A DNA stretch of 64,000 nt from Bythopirellula sp. (lineage in GTDB: Bacteria; Planctomycetota; Planctomycetia; Pirellulales; Lacipirellulaceae): positions 2,752,001-2,816,000 of the forward strand of contig OZ244170.1 of the NCBI GenBank assembly GCA_965216565.1, in the 5' to 3' direction. The position numbers were made by a program, and so were the translations under genes. The notes below the pieces were generated by a model that saw only the letters and a program-made list of their open reading frames with translations, searched no databases and had not been told where the DNA came from. Positions 18,339 to 28,260 of the stretch are shown piece after piece (position 1 is the stretch's first letter; each line of letters starts with the position of its first letter).

Positions 18339-21077
18339 ATGGCCGACACCCCTCGACGTCCAAAAGTCTTGCTAATTGGCTGGGACGGAGCAGACTGGCA
18401 GCATATCGAGCCATTGCTGGAACAGGGGTTGATGCCCAATCTGCAACGGATGATCTCCGGCGGGGTGATGGGTAACATCGCCACCCTCAACCCAATCTTG
18501 AGCCCAATGCTTTGGAACTCCGTGGCCACTGGTAAGATGGCCGACGAGCACGGAATCCTGGGGTTCAGCGAGCCTGACCCCGTTAACGGTGGTTCGCGAC
18601 CGTGCGCCAGTACGTCGAGAAAAGTGAAGGCGCTTTGGAATATCCTTTCGCAGGAAGGACTCGAAAGCAACATCGTCAATTGGTGGGCCAGCCATCCAGC
18701 CGAGCCAATCCGAGGTGCGATGGTTTCTAATTCATACCCCCACTCTCCATTTGTCCGGCAAAAGGGTTGGAAGAACCTCCCTGGACTGACTCACCCACCG
18801 GAATTAATCGACCAAATTGGCGAATTTCGGATGCATGTGACGGAAGTCACCGACCAAGAAATTTTGCCTTTTATTCCTCTCGCTGGCAAAGTCGACCAGG
18901 AGGAAGACCGTCTACTGGAAGTTTTTGCTAAGCAATTTGCCCAATGTGTCGCTATCCAATCGGCCGGCACCTGGTTGATGGAAAATCGTTCCTGGGATTT
19001 TACGGCAATTTACTTTGAAGGGATCGATCACTTCTGCCATGGGTTTATGCATCTGGCACCGCCACGGTTGCCTTATGTCAAGGAAGAGCAGTTTGAAATC
19101 TATAAGGACGTGATCACCGGAGCCTACCGATTCCATGACATGATGCTCGGCAGGCAATTGGCATTGGCTGGCGATGATGCCCATGTCATCCTCTGCTCGG
19201 ACCATGGATTCTTGAGCGGTGATCATCGGCCTCGCTTCACGCCCCGCGAACCTGCTGGACCGGCTTATTGGCATCGCGAGTTGGGTATTTTTGTGATGAA
19301 GGGACCGGGAATCCGTCGCGACGAGTTAGTGTTTGGTACTAGCCTGCTCGACATCACACCGACAATTCTCCACTTGTTCGGGCTACCGATTGGCGAGGAC
19401 ATGCGGGGCAGAGTTCGTCTGGATGCCTTTGAATCGCCGACCGAGGTGAAGACTATCCCCTCTTGGGAAGATGTCACCGGCGAGAGTGGGCAACATCCTC
19501 CAGGGACGGAGATGGATGCAGAGACCTCAAACGAATTGATGGAGCAGTTCGTAGCCTTGGGATATATCGAAGATCCTGGAAAAAACAAAGAAGAAGCGGC
19601 TCACAAGGCCGACATTGAGCTCCAATACAACTTAGCCAGAGTCTATTTGTTTACTGGTCGCCCTGACGAGGCAATGAAGATTTTTGAGCGCCTTACAGAG
19701 GACTCGCCTTGGGAAAATAGGTTCTTGCTAAATTTAGCGCGTTCCTACTACGAGTGTGGCTATTTGCGGCAGGCAGAGCGGCTCATGAGCACTGCCTATC
19801 CCAATGAAGAGAATTCGCCAGCGGTCGCATTGGCCTTGTATGGCCGGATTCTTGTTAGCCTCGGGCAACTCGAAGAGGGCCTCGATTTTCTTCAGAAGGC
19901 AGAAAACAAGCAAGCGACCTTAGCGGGACTGCATGTCGAAATCGCTCGCACTTATCTGGCTCAGCGGCAATGGTCGAAGGCGAAGCAGGCCGCCGAAAGC
20001 GAGCTGGCTCTAAATCCAAATTCTGCAGACGCACATGCCGCGCTAGCGACAGCTTATTTGCGATTGGGCGAGACAGAGGAAGCGATCGACTCAGCTCTGA
20101 CTTCGGTAAGCATCAAACATTGGTCGCCCAACACCCACTTTGTTCTCGGTGTTGCTGCGGCGCGGCTTGAGTGGTTTGAGCGGGCTGAGCGCGCACTGAA
20201 GACGGCAGTGCAGATGAGTCCTGGCCTGATCGTGGCCCATCGAATGCTAGCCAGGATCTATCGTCGCAATTTGGATCAAATAGATCGGGCTGCTTTTCAC
20301 ACAGAATTAGCCCAGCAGGAGCGAGACAGATTCAACGATTCGAGCCAAGCAAGAATGGAACGTGTCGAACAAATCTTTGATCTCCCGTCTATTCCAAATC
20401 CGAAAGAGCGATGGGATACGCTCAACGAGGAGCGACCAAGGGGCAAACCAGGCAAAGAAAAGACCAAGGAAAAGTCCGGCAAGACGTTTACTCTGGTCTC
20501 GGGACTTCCCCGATCGGGGACATCGCTAATGATGCAAATGCTCGACGCGGGGGGCATGATGCCCAAGACCGATGGCCAGCGTGTCGCAGACGACGACAAT
20601 CCTCAAGGATATCTTGAGTGGGAAGAAATCAAACAGATTGCCAAGAAACCAGAGCTCTTTGAGGAAGAAGATTTAGATCAACAAGTTATCAAGGTAATTT
20701 CGATGTTATTGCCGCAGCTTCCAACAGAGCACGATTATAATGTCATCTTTATGGATCGACCTCCGGAAGAAGTGGCCCGATCCCAGGCCAAGATGATTGA
20801 GCGGCTGGGCACCAAAGGTGCCGAGGGTGGCCCCGACAAAGTCCAACGGCAGCTTCAAGCTCATCGAGGTCAAACCTTGCGTTGGTTGAAAAATGCCAAG
20901 CACATGAATGTTTTGACTGTGGTCTATCCAGAACTGGTGAGCGACCCCGAATCGGAAGTGGCACGTGTGCGAGAGTTCCTGGGTTCTGACCGATTACCAG
21001 TGGCCGAGGCGATGGTAAATGCCGTGAAACCCGAGCTCTATCGGCAGAGACGTGATCAACCAAATGGCGAAGCGTAA
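18339..21077 (+). CDS. Alkaline-phosphatase-superfamily (phosphodiesterase/NPP-like) + TPR repeats + PAPS-dependent sulfotransferase-like fusion protein
   Basis: LLIGWDGADW, SPMLWNSVATG, DHFCH and SDHG (AlkP); helical TPR-like repeats at ~aa 425-660; VSGLPRSGTSLMM (5'-phosphosulfate loop) and IFMDR...VARSQ (3'-phosphate site). No signal peptide. Confidence 0.85.
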   Translation: MADTPRRPKVLLIGWDGADWQHIEPLLEQGLMPNLQRMISGGVMGNIATLNPILSPMLWNSVATGKMADEHGILGFSEPDPVNGGSRPCASTSRKVKALWNILSQEGLESNIVNWWASHPAEPIRGAMVSNSYPHSPFVRQKGWKNLPGLTHPPELIDQIGEFRMHVTEVTDQEILPFIPLAGKVDQEEDRLLEVFAKQFAQCVAIQSAGTWLMENRSWDFTAIYFEGIDHFCHGFMHLAPPRLPYVKEEQFEIYKDVITGAYRFHDMMLGRQLALAGDDAHVILCSDHGFLSGDHRPRFTPREPAGPAYWHRELGIFVMKGPGIRRDELVFGTSLLDITPTILHLFGLPIGEDMRGRVRLDAFESPTEVKTIPSWEDVTGESGQHPPGTEMDAETSNELMEQFVALGYIEDPGKNKEEAAHKADIELQYNLARVYLFTGRPDEAMKIFERLTEDSPWENRFLLNLARSYYECGYLRQAERLMSTAYPNEENSPAVALALYGRILVSLGQLEEGLDFLQKAENKQATLAGLHVEIARTYLAQRQWSKAKQAAESELALNPNSADAHAALATAYLRLGETEEAIDSALTSVSIKHWSPNTHFVLGVAAARLEWFERAERALKTAVQMSPGLIVAHRMLARIYRRNLDQIDRAAFHTELAQQERDRFNDSSQARMERVEQIFDLPSIPNPKERWDTLNEERPRGKPGKEKTKEKSGKTFTLVSGLPRSGTSLMMQMLDAGGMMPKTDGQRVADDDNPQGYLEWEEIKQIAKKPELFEEEDLDQQVIKVISMLLPQLPTEHDYNVIFMDRPPEEVARSQAKMIERLGTKGAEGGPDKVQRQLQAHRGQTLRWLKNAKHMNVLTVVYPELVSDPESEVARVREFLGSDRLPVAEAMVNAVKPELYRQRRDQPNGEA

Positions 21078-21080
21078 AGT

Positions 21081-22910
21081 ATGAATGCCCTGCCTAGCAA
21101 AGCGAACCGAGGGGAACGGAGCAGCGACTTGTATTTGCGTAAGCTAAACATCGTGTTCTGCGTTGCTGGACTGCTCCTGGTTTTCGCAAGCCGAGCTCAT
21201 GCCGACACGATCATTAGCCCCACGAACACGAACATTCAATACACGGGCCGGTTCAGTCTCTCCAACCCGTCGCGGCCGGAGTTTGGCTGGTCTGGCAGTT
21301 CTATCATTGCCAATTTTGAGGGGACTTCTCTTTCGGCACGGTTCGACGATGACGGCGATAACTATCTGTACTACAGAATCGACGACGGCGATCCTGTTGA
21401 ATTAAATCTGAGCTCGAGTGCGTCCGACTATCTGCTTGCGTCAGGGTTGTCGGATGGTCAGCACAAGATAGAGATTGGTAAGAAGAGCGAGGGTACCTAC
21501 GGCGAGGTGAAGTTTCTGAATTTCCGACTCGATAATGGAAAAACTTTGACAGCGCCACCGCCCCGACCTCCAAGAAAGCTGATTTTCTTTGGAGACTCCA
21601 ACCAGGCTGGGTATTCCGCAGAAGAGATTTGCGATTGCGGAGGCTCGGAGAACGAAGATAGCTACTATACCTATCCAGCGATCACATCCCGGATGCTCGA
21701 TGCGGAGTTTCAGAATGTCTCGGCAAGTGGAATCACAATATCCCATTCGTGGAATATTCGAAACATCTGGAACAAAACCTATTACGGAAATGGTAGTGGC
21801 CCTACCTGGGATTCTAGTGGCGACGCTCCGGATGCCGTCATTATCAACTTGGGAGCTAACGATCTTTATGCGAGCCAAAGCAAGTCGCAGATCAAGAATG
21901 GCTGGAAGAATTTCATCAGCAACGAGTTGAGAGGTGCCTACCCGAACACGCACATCGTTTTGGCGAACTCCTATGGTTGGGACTCGAACGAACCGGCTAA
22001 CTATGTTCACGAAGCGGTCGAAGAATTGAACAATGCTGGGGATGCAAACGTTTCGTTTGTGAAGTTTCCTTGGCTGTGGAGCCAGGCGCACGCAGTCACT
22101 TTCGAGCAGGCTGGCTTTGCAAATATTTTGGCAGAGCATCTAGCTAACAAACTCGACTTGGAACAGCCCCCTCCGAATCAGCTATCGAGTTTTGCTCCGC
22201 CCGGACAGGTACCCAATGGAGATTTAGAGAAGAGCAACCTACCAGGTGTTCCCGATGGGTGGCGTTTTCAGGGCAGCGGTGCGACCTATGTGGAGGATGC
22301 CAGCGACGCGCACTCTGGAACCGCTTTCGCTCAAGTTACTGGAGGAAACTCATTTTTTTGGCACGCTACCGATGCGATCCCAGGTCATGAGTACCAGTTC
22401 GGAGCCTGGATGCGAAAGAACGGGAATGGAACCAGTGGTAAGCTGCGAATTCAATTCAAAGACCAAGGTCAGCAAGTAATCTCCACGTTCGATAAAATAG
22501 AAGCCGTGGACGAAAATTGGGAGGAAGTATCCTTCACCGCGACTGCCCCAGCGGGGGCCTGGCAAGTCTCTGTTTCCATACTCGCTGGTGGTGCCAATCA
22601 GACAATCGATTTCGATGATCTGGTGCTGGCAGACCTGAACGGCCCGCCCATTGCCCCGGCTGATTTCGATGAAGATGGCGACGTAGATAACGTGGACTTA
22701 GGAATTTGGCACGGTGCGTATGGAAGTAGCTCGCTGGCTGATGCAGATAACGATGGAGACAGCGATGGACTAGATTTTCTCCTTTGGCAAACCAATACAT
22801 CCTCGCAAACGTCAAGTTCGCTGAGCCCTGTGCCAGAACCAACAACATGGATCATTTTCCTGAGTGCTCTAACCGGAGTTAGTACCGTCGGACCTCGAAG
22901 CCTGCGATAG
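21081..22910 (+). CDS. Secreted SGNH/GDSL esterase (CE2-like) with carbohydrate-binding and dockerin-like modules and a PEP-CTERM-like tail
   Basis: IQYTGR...WSGS..F.GT N-terminal domain, FFGDS, INLGAND, CBM-like beta domain, DFDEDGDVD and DGLDFLLWQ, VPEPTT. Confidence 0.8.
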   Translation: MNALPSKANRGERSSDLYLRKLNIVFCVAGLLLVFASRAHADTIISPTNTNIQYTGRFSLSNPSRPEFGWSGSSIIANFEGTSLSARFDDDGDNYLYYRIDDGDPVELNLSSSASDYLLASGLSDGQHKIEIGKKSEGTYGEVKFLNFRLDNGKTLTAPPPRPPRKLIFFGDSNQAGYSAEEICDCGGSENEDSYYTYPAITSRMLDAEFQNVSASGITISHSWNIRNIWNKTYYGNGSGPTWDSSGDAPDAVIINLGANDLYASQSKSQIKNGWKNFISNELRGAYPNTHIVLANSYGWDSNEPANYVHEAVEELNNAGDANVSFVKFPWLWSQAHAVTFEQAGFANILAEHLANKLDLEQPPPNQLSSFAPPGQVPNGDLEKSNLPGVPDGWRFQGSGATYVEDASDAHSGTAFAQVTGGNSFFWHATDAIPGHEYQFGAWMRKNGNGTSGKLRIQFKDQGQQVISTFDKIEAVDENWEEVSFTATAPAGAWQVSVSILAGGANQTIDFDDLVLADLNGPPIAPADFDEDGDVDNVDLGIWHGAYGSSSLADADNDGDSDGLDFLLWQTNTSSQTSSSLSPVPEPTTWIIFLSALTGVSTVGPRSLR

Positions 22911-23017
22911 AAGTCTTCCGGTCTGACAGAAAGCAATTTGCGTTATATTTAGAATATTTCGAGTGTTATTACTTAAGTCTCATCAAGTGTAGTGAGCGAA
23001 TTTGTGGAGCATTAATC

Positions 23018-24082
23018 ATGCATCAATCATCTTTTTCACAACGATATCGAGGTTTCACGCTCGTGGAACTCTTGGTTGTCATTGCTATTATTGGCACTCT
23101 AGTCGCACTATTGTTGCCGGCTGTTCAAGCGGCACGCGAAGCAGCACGCCGCGCTCAGTGTGTAAATAACGCTAAACAACTTTCTTTGGCCGTTCACAAT
23201 TATGAATCGGCTTTCAAGGAATTTCCGCCAGGAGCGATCAACTTCTTCGGAGGAAATTGGGCCCTCAAGATATTGCCTTACCTGGAACAAGGTGCCGTCG
23301 ATCAAGGCTTGGTCGATGGACGAATGGCTGGACTCCCTGACGACGGGAGTGGGTGGATGGGTCCTCCCAATGCTGTAGGTCCTGGTCTGAATTACCAGTT
23401 ACTAGATGGTGTGGTGTTTCCGATGTTTCGCTGCCCCTCGAGCCCTTGGCCGGCACTCAGCTACCCGTACGAGAGTTTTAGTCTTGGCACTTGGGAAATG
23501 TCGCACCAGTTTGCTGTGAACGACTACCTGGGAATCGCGGGCTTCGCCGATCCCAATGACCTCGATCGAGTTTCTAACGAAGGATCGTATGGCATTGCGG
23601 CAGCTAATGGGGCCTTCCAACCCAACGACGGTGTTCCAATTTCTTTCTTTACCGACGGCACCTCGAATACGATGCTGATCGGAGAGCAATCGGGCATTGT
23701 GAACTACCAAGGCGAGGCCGTAGATCAACGAAGTGGCAATTGGGCAGGTGGATTTCTGGGAATGATTGCCGATCAGGTTCCCAAAGGCTGTGGAGAAATG
23801 CCAAATCAGAGAGAGGGACGGTGGTCGAAGAATCACTCCTGTTACTGGGCAGGGCTAACCACGATGCGTTACGCGATTGGTGCGAATGTCCGACCCGCTC
23901 CCGGTGCTCTTGATTCCTGGGATATGAATCAACCGTTGAATTCCTCGCATCCAGGGGGTGTGCATGTTGCTAGGGCTGATGGGGGAGTGATTTTTCTGTC
24001 AGACGCGATCGGACCGGCTGTCCTGCGACCGCTGGCCATCCGTGACGATGGCGAATTAACCCAAGAGAGCTTGACGAATTAG
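23018..24082 (+). CDS. DUF1559 family prepilin-type N-terminal cleavage/methylation protein
   Basis: GFTLVELLVVIAIIGTLVALLLPAVQAAREAARR, DGTSNT..GE and HPGGVHVARADG (H-X9-DG). Confidence 0.95.
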   Translation: MHQSSFSQRYRGFTLVELLVVIAIIGTLVALLLPAVQAAREAARRAQCVNNAKQLSLAVHNYESAFKEFPPGAINFFGGNWALKILPYLEQGAVDQGLVDGRMAGLPDDGSGWMGPPNAVGPGLNYQLLDGVVFPMFRCPSSPWPALSYPYESFSLGTWEMSHQFAVNDYLGIAGFADPNDLDRVSNEGSYGIAAANGAFQPNDGVPISFFTDGTSNTMLIGEQSGIVNYQGEAVDQRSGNWAGGFLGMIADQVPKGCGEMPNQREGRWSKNHSCYWAGLTTMRYAIGANVRPAPGALDSWDMNQPLNSSHPGGVHVARADGGVIFLSDAIGPAVLRPLAIRDDGELTQESLTN

Positions 24083-24152
24083 AGTGCAATCGTTCAGCTT
24101 AGCTAATCTTGCAAACAACGTTATAGAATCTAACAACCCTATTCTTACGACT

Positions 24153-24608
24153 ATGCCGAGCCACACGCCTCAATTGAAAGCCTTTTTGTTAGGCCTCGCG
24201 ATTCTTGTTCTGGGGGGGTGTGGACCACAGGGCCCAGACCTGGGGCCATTCGGACCAGTTTCTGGAAAAGTTACCTACCAGGGGAAGCCTGTAGCAAAGG
24301 GTATGATTACTTTCAGCAGTCCCCAGTCCGGTCAATCGGCCACTGCCAACTTAAATTCCGATGGCACTTACGTCATGGAACTAAACGACCGCAACGGGCT
24401 GCCCGTTGGAACGTACAAAATCTGTATTCGGCCACCACTGACTGCCAAGAACGAAACCGATCCTAGCAAGATGCGACGGAACAACCTGTACGATCCAGAG
24501 GTTTCTAAAGACATTCCGATGAAGTACCGCTACGAGAGTACTAGTGGGCTTGAGGAAACTGTTGTCGAAAGCGAAAACAAGTTTGACTTCGACATGTCAC
24601 CCGAATAG
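24153..24608 (+). CDS. Lipoprotein, usual partner of DUF1559 genes (carboxypeptidase-regulatory-like fold)
   Basis: Lipobox LGGC, VSGKVTYQGKP, DGTY, G.YKI, IPMKY...SGL and N.FDF. Confidence 0.8.
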   Translation: MPSHTPQLKAFLLGLAILVLGGCGPQGPDLGPFGPVSGKVTYQGKPVAKGMITFSSPQSGQSATANLNSDGTYVMELNDRNGLPVGTYKICIRPPLTAKNETDPSKMRRNNLYDPEVSKDIPMKYRYESTSGLEETVVESENKFDFDMSPE

Positions 24609-24739
24609 CCGATCGTTGCACGACGGATGACCCCTACCTTTAATCAGGTAGCCCTCCCCTGCCCCGTGGTTAGACCACGCCCTAGTCTGAAACTCTTACG
24701 ACGGCCATCTTAACAGGCCGATCCATGCCAGACTGATTT

Positions 24740-26239
24740 CTATCCGTGGTCCTGCTTCAATGTCTTGACCAGTGAGTAAGACATAAAGATCCCTACGATT
24801 AGAATCGGTAGCGACACAACCAAGGTCGCAGTTTGAGCAACTTTGATTCCTCCGACATACATCAAAGTAATCGGCAAGATGGCTAGTGCAAAAGACCAAA
24901 AGGATCGGTGCCAGCGTGGCGGATCTTCGGTGGGCGAAAGGCGGCGCGTAGCGTTGGCGGCCAGGATGTAGGATGCTGAGTCGTAAGTTGTGGCTGAAAA
25001 GATGATACTTACCAAGCAGAACACAAGCAAAAATGGTTCGGCAAGGGGAAGTTGATCGAAGCTGGCGATAATTGCCTGATTTCCATCCTGTTCGTTGAGG
25101 ATATCTACGACAGAAACTTGATCGGTCAGTTGCTGATGCAGCGAGAAATTCCCTAGCGTCAGATAAAACAGTGCCCCTCCCAGGGAACCATAAGTCAACA
25201 TGCCAACGATTACCTCACGAATAGTTCGGCCTCGCGAGATTCGAGTGACAAACAACCCAACAAAGGGAGCATAAGCCACCCACCAGGCCCAGTAGAATAC
25301 GGTCCAATCCTCTACGAATCCCGACTTGGTGAATGGGTCGGTCCAAGTATTCATACGAATAAAGTTTTGGGCGACAGTTCCGATGCTGTTGAGTGCCGAC
25401 TTCGCTAGAAACAGAGTCGGTCCTGCTAACAGGACAAATACAACCAGCCCCAGGGCGAGCAACATATTCAAATCGCTGAGTCGTTTGATTCCTTTCTTGA
25501 GACCTAGGGCGACACTAATGGCAAACAACACAACACAGACGGCAACCACAGCCACTTCAAGACCGAAACTTACCTCAATCCCAGTCAACCGAGAAACCAG
25601 GGCCGCGATCAATGGGGTAGAAAACCCAAGCGAGGATCCCGCTCCTCCGATGAGTGCGATCATAAAAAAGAAATCGATGAGCCGCGAAATAAAATGGTCT
25701 TCTTTGCCTTTCAAGAAGTAATGACAGCTTAGGCTAAACTTCAAGAACGGAACCTTCTTCACATGAAACGGATATGCAATTGCTAACGTGGGCAAACAAT
25801 AGAATGCCCACGCAGTAACTCCCCAGTGAAAAATGCCGTACGACGATGCCCAATTGGCGGCTTCTGGCGAACTCGGTTCGACTCCAAAAGGGGGAGCCTG
25901 GTAGTAGAAGGCCCATTCGATAGAGGACCAATACATCAAGCCCGCCCCGACACCAGCGCAGAATAGCATGCCGATCCAGCTGTAGGTGCTAAACTCCGGT
26001 TGGTCCCCCCTGTCCCCGAGTGTGATCAGGCCGTAACGGCTCAGGGCGAGCCAAGCCAGCAATAGCAATGCCGCGCAACCACCTAACAAGTAGAGAACCC
26101 CGAAGTGGGAAGCGACAAAGTCGTAGCATACCTGCAAATACTTGGCCCCTGCTTCCGGTGCAAAGAATAATGGGGCACAAACTAAGAGGATGACTAATAG
26201 AGTTGCGGCAAAACTAGTCTTATCGATATTCTTGTCCAA
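24740..26239 (-). CDS. BCCT family (betaine/carnitine/choline) transporter
   Basis: PEFSTYSWIGMLFCAGVGAG, FHWG..AW and WTVFYWAWWVAYAPFVGLFVTRISRGRTIRE; about 12 hydrophobic segments. Confidence 0.95.
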   Translation of the reverse strand: MDKNIDKTSFAATLLVILLVCAPLFFAPEAGAKYLQVCYDFVASHFGVLYLLGGCAALLLLAWLALSRYGLITLGDRGDQPEFSTYSWIGMLFCAGVGAGLMYWSSIEWAFYYQAPPFGVEPSSPEAANWASSYGIFHWGVTAWAFYCLPTLAIAYPFHVKKVPFLKFSLSCHYFLKGKEDHFISRLIDFFFMIALIGGAGSSLGFSTPLIAALVSRLTGIEVSFGLEVAVVAVCVVLFAISVALGLKKGIKRLSDLNMLLALGLVVFVLLAGPTLFLAKSALNSIGTVAQNFIRMNTWTDPFTKSGFVEDWTVFYWAWWVAYAPFVGLFVTRISRGRTIREVIVGMLTYGSLGGALFYLTLGNFSLHQQLTDQVSVVDILNEQDGNQAIIASFDQLPLAEPFLLVFCLVSIIFSATTYDSASYILAANATRRLSPTEDPPRWHRSFWSFALAILPITLMYVGGIKVAQTATLVVSLPILIVGIFMSYSLVKTLKQDHG

Positions 26240-26307
26240 ACAGTCTCTCCCACAAAGAGCTATCTATTTGCGCCACGATAGAGTACTTGCAAACTCAGTG
26301 AACCTAT

Positions 26308-28260
26308 TTAGCACTTTAACTCGTCGAGATCTTCAAACAAGGAAAGGGCATGGGGATTCGCCAACGCCTCCTTGTTGCTGACGGGCTGATGATGAATCAC
26401 ATTGCGAACTGCAATTTCGGCGATTTTTCCACTGAGAGTTCGGGGTATGTCACTTACTTGGATTATCTTACTAGGTACGTGTCGTGGTGTGGTGTTTTCT
26501 TTGATGGTTTTTCGAATCTTACTTGTCAAGCTTTCGTCAAGTTCCAGGTCTTTTCGCATGCAAACGAATAAGACTACGCGGCAATCATCTTGCCAGTCTT
26601 GGCCAATTACTAATGATTCAACGACCTCGTCGATCTTCTCCACTTGTCGATAAATCTCTGCGGTGCCGATTCTGACACCGCCCGGATTGAGCACCGCATC
26701 AGACCTTCCATAGATCACAAATCCGCCCGTGTCGGTTATCTCTGCATAGTCACCATGCGTCCAGATGTTATCAAATCGGTCGAAGTAAGCTTCGCGGAAT
26801 CGTTCGTTGTTTGGGTCATTCCAGAATCCAATGGGAACAGACGGAAACGATTGCCGGCAAACGAGTTCACCCTTTCGCTCGCGAATCGAACGTCCCTCGT
26901 CATCGACTACGTCGACATCCATCCCAAGCCCTGGGCATTGTAGCTCGCCAGCGTGAACCGGCAGACATGGATTGCCAGAGACAAACGCCCCCAACAAATC
27001 GGTGCCGCCGGCGATGGACGACAACAAGACATCATGCTTCACATTCTCGTACACATAGCTAAAGCCTTCTGGCGCCAATGGCGAGCCGGTGGAAAGTATC
27101 GTTCTGAGGCTGTCGAGGTCATAATCTTTGGAAGGTTCTGCTTCGGATTTCTCTAAGGCGCTGATGAATTTAGCGCTCGTGCCGAAAATAGAAATCGCTT
27201 CTCTGTCGATCAATTCAATAAGACGATCAATTTTCGGATAGGTCGGCGCACCATCGTACAAGACCAGGGTACAACCGGTTGCCAGGCCACTTACAAGCCA
27301 ATTCCACATCATCCAGCCGCAGGTGCTGAAATAGAATGCGACGTCCCCTGCCCCCATGTCAGTGTGCAGCAAGTGCTCTTTTTGGTGTTCTAGCAAGGCA
27401 CCTCCCGCGCAGTGAACAATGCACTTAGGTTTTCCGGTTGTGCCGGAGGAGTACAGAATGAACAGCGGGTGGTCGAACGGTAGCCGCTGGAATTCGCAGT
27501 CGCGGGAGCCTGCTCTCAAGTAATCATTGATCAAAACCGCGGAAGGAATATCGCAAATGTTGGGAGCATCGCTTACTAGCGGGAGGACTACCACTCGACG
27601 AACGGTTGGTAGCTGTTGTAAGACCGATTTTACACGGCCGAGCGAGTCGTGAACTTTTCCGTTGTAATAGTAGCCATCGGCAGTAAAAAGTACCTTGGGT
27701 TCGATCTGGCCAAAGCGATCAAGCAAACCTTGCTCGCCAAAATCGGGTGAGCAAGAACTCCATACGGCCCCGAGACTGGCCGATGCCAGCATCGCCACGG
27801 TTGCATCGATGATGTTCGGTACGAAACCCGCAACGCGGTCACCAACAGATACTCCTTCCTCGCGCAAAGCTGCTGCCAGGGCGGCAACACGGTTGTAGAG
27901 GTCGGCGTAACTGATCTCCTGTCGTCGACCATTTTCTAACCAAGAAACGAGGGCAGGATGATCGTCGCGTCGGCGGAGTAGATTCTCCGCATAGTTGAGC
28001 TTGGCCCTGGGGAACCACTGGCTCCCTGGTAGATGATCTGGCTGTTCCAGGTAGGGAGGCTTGCCTTTATCGCCAATAATTCCAGAAAAATCCCATAATT
28101 GCGACCAAAAGGCTTCCCGATTGTCGACGCTCCAGCGATGCAGTGCCCAATAATCCTTGGAAGGTAACTGGTCAGGAATTTGGTGCTGGAAGCGTGTAAT
28201 CGCTGCGGCTTCGATACGGCGGTCGTCGGGACGCCAAAGAGCTTGCATGTTGTGCCCCAT
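26308..28260 (-). CDS. Acetoacetate--CoA ligase
   Basis: WSSCSPDFG..G.LDRFGQIEPK, YSSGTTGKPKCIVH, GWMMWNW and GRSDAVLNPGGVRIGTAEIY. ATG 28260 overlaps the upstream stop (TAATG). Confidence 0.92.
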   Translation of the reverse strand: MGHNMQALWRPDDRRIEAAAITRFQHQIPDQLPSKDYWALHRWSVDNREAFWSQLWDFSGIIGDKGKPPYLEQPDHLPGSQWFPRAKLNYAENLLRRRDDHPALVSWLENGRRQEISYADLYNRVAALAAALREEGVSVGDRVAGFVPNIIDATVAMLASASLGAVWSSCSPDFGEQGLLDRFGQIEPKVLFTADGYYYNGKVHDSLGRVKSVLQQLPTVRRVVVLPLVSDAPNICDIPSAVLINDYLRAGSRDCEFQRLPFDHPLFILYSSGTTGKPKCIVHCAGGALLEHQKEHLLHTDMGAGDVAFYFSTCGWMMWNWLVSGLATGCTLVLYDGAPTYPKIDRLIELIDREAISIFGTSAKFISALEKSEAEPSKDYDLDSLRTILSTGSPLAPEGFSYVYENVKHDVLLSSIAGGTDLLGAFVSGNPCLPVHAGELQCPGLGMDVDVVDDEGRSIRERKGELVCRQSFPSVPIGFWNDPNNERFREAYFDRFDNIWTHGDYAEITDTGGFVIYGRSDAVLNPGGVRIGTAEIYRQVEKIDEVVESLVIGQDWQDDCRVVLFVCMRKDLELDESLTSKIRKTIKENTTPRHVPSKIIQVSDIPRTLSGKIAEIAVRNVIHHQPVSNKEALANPHALSLFEDLDELKC

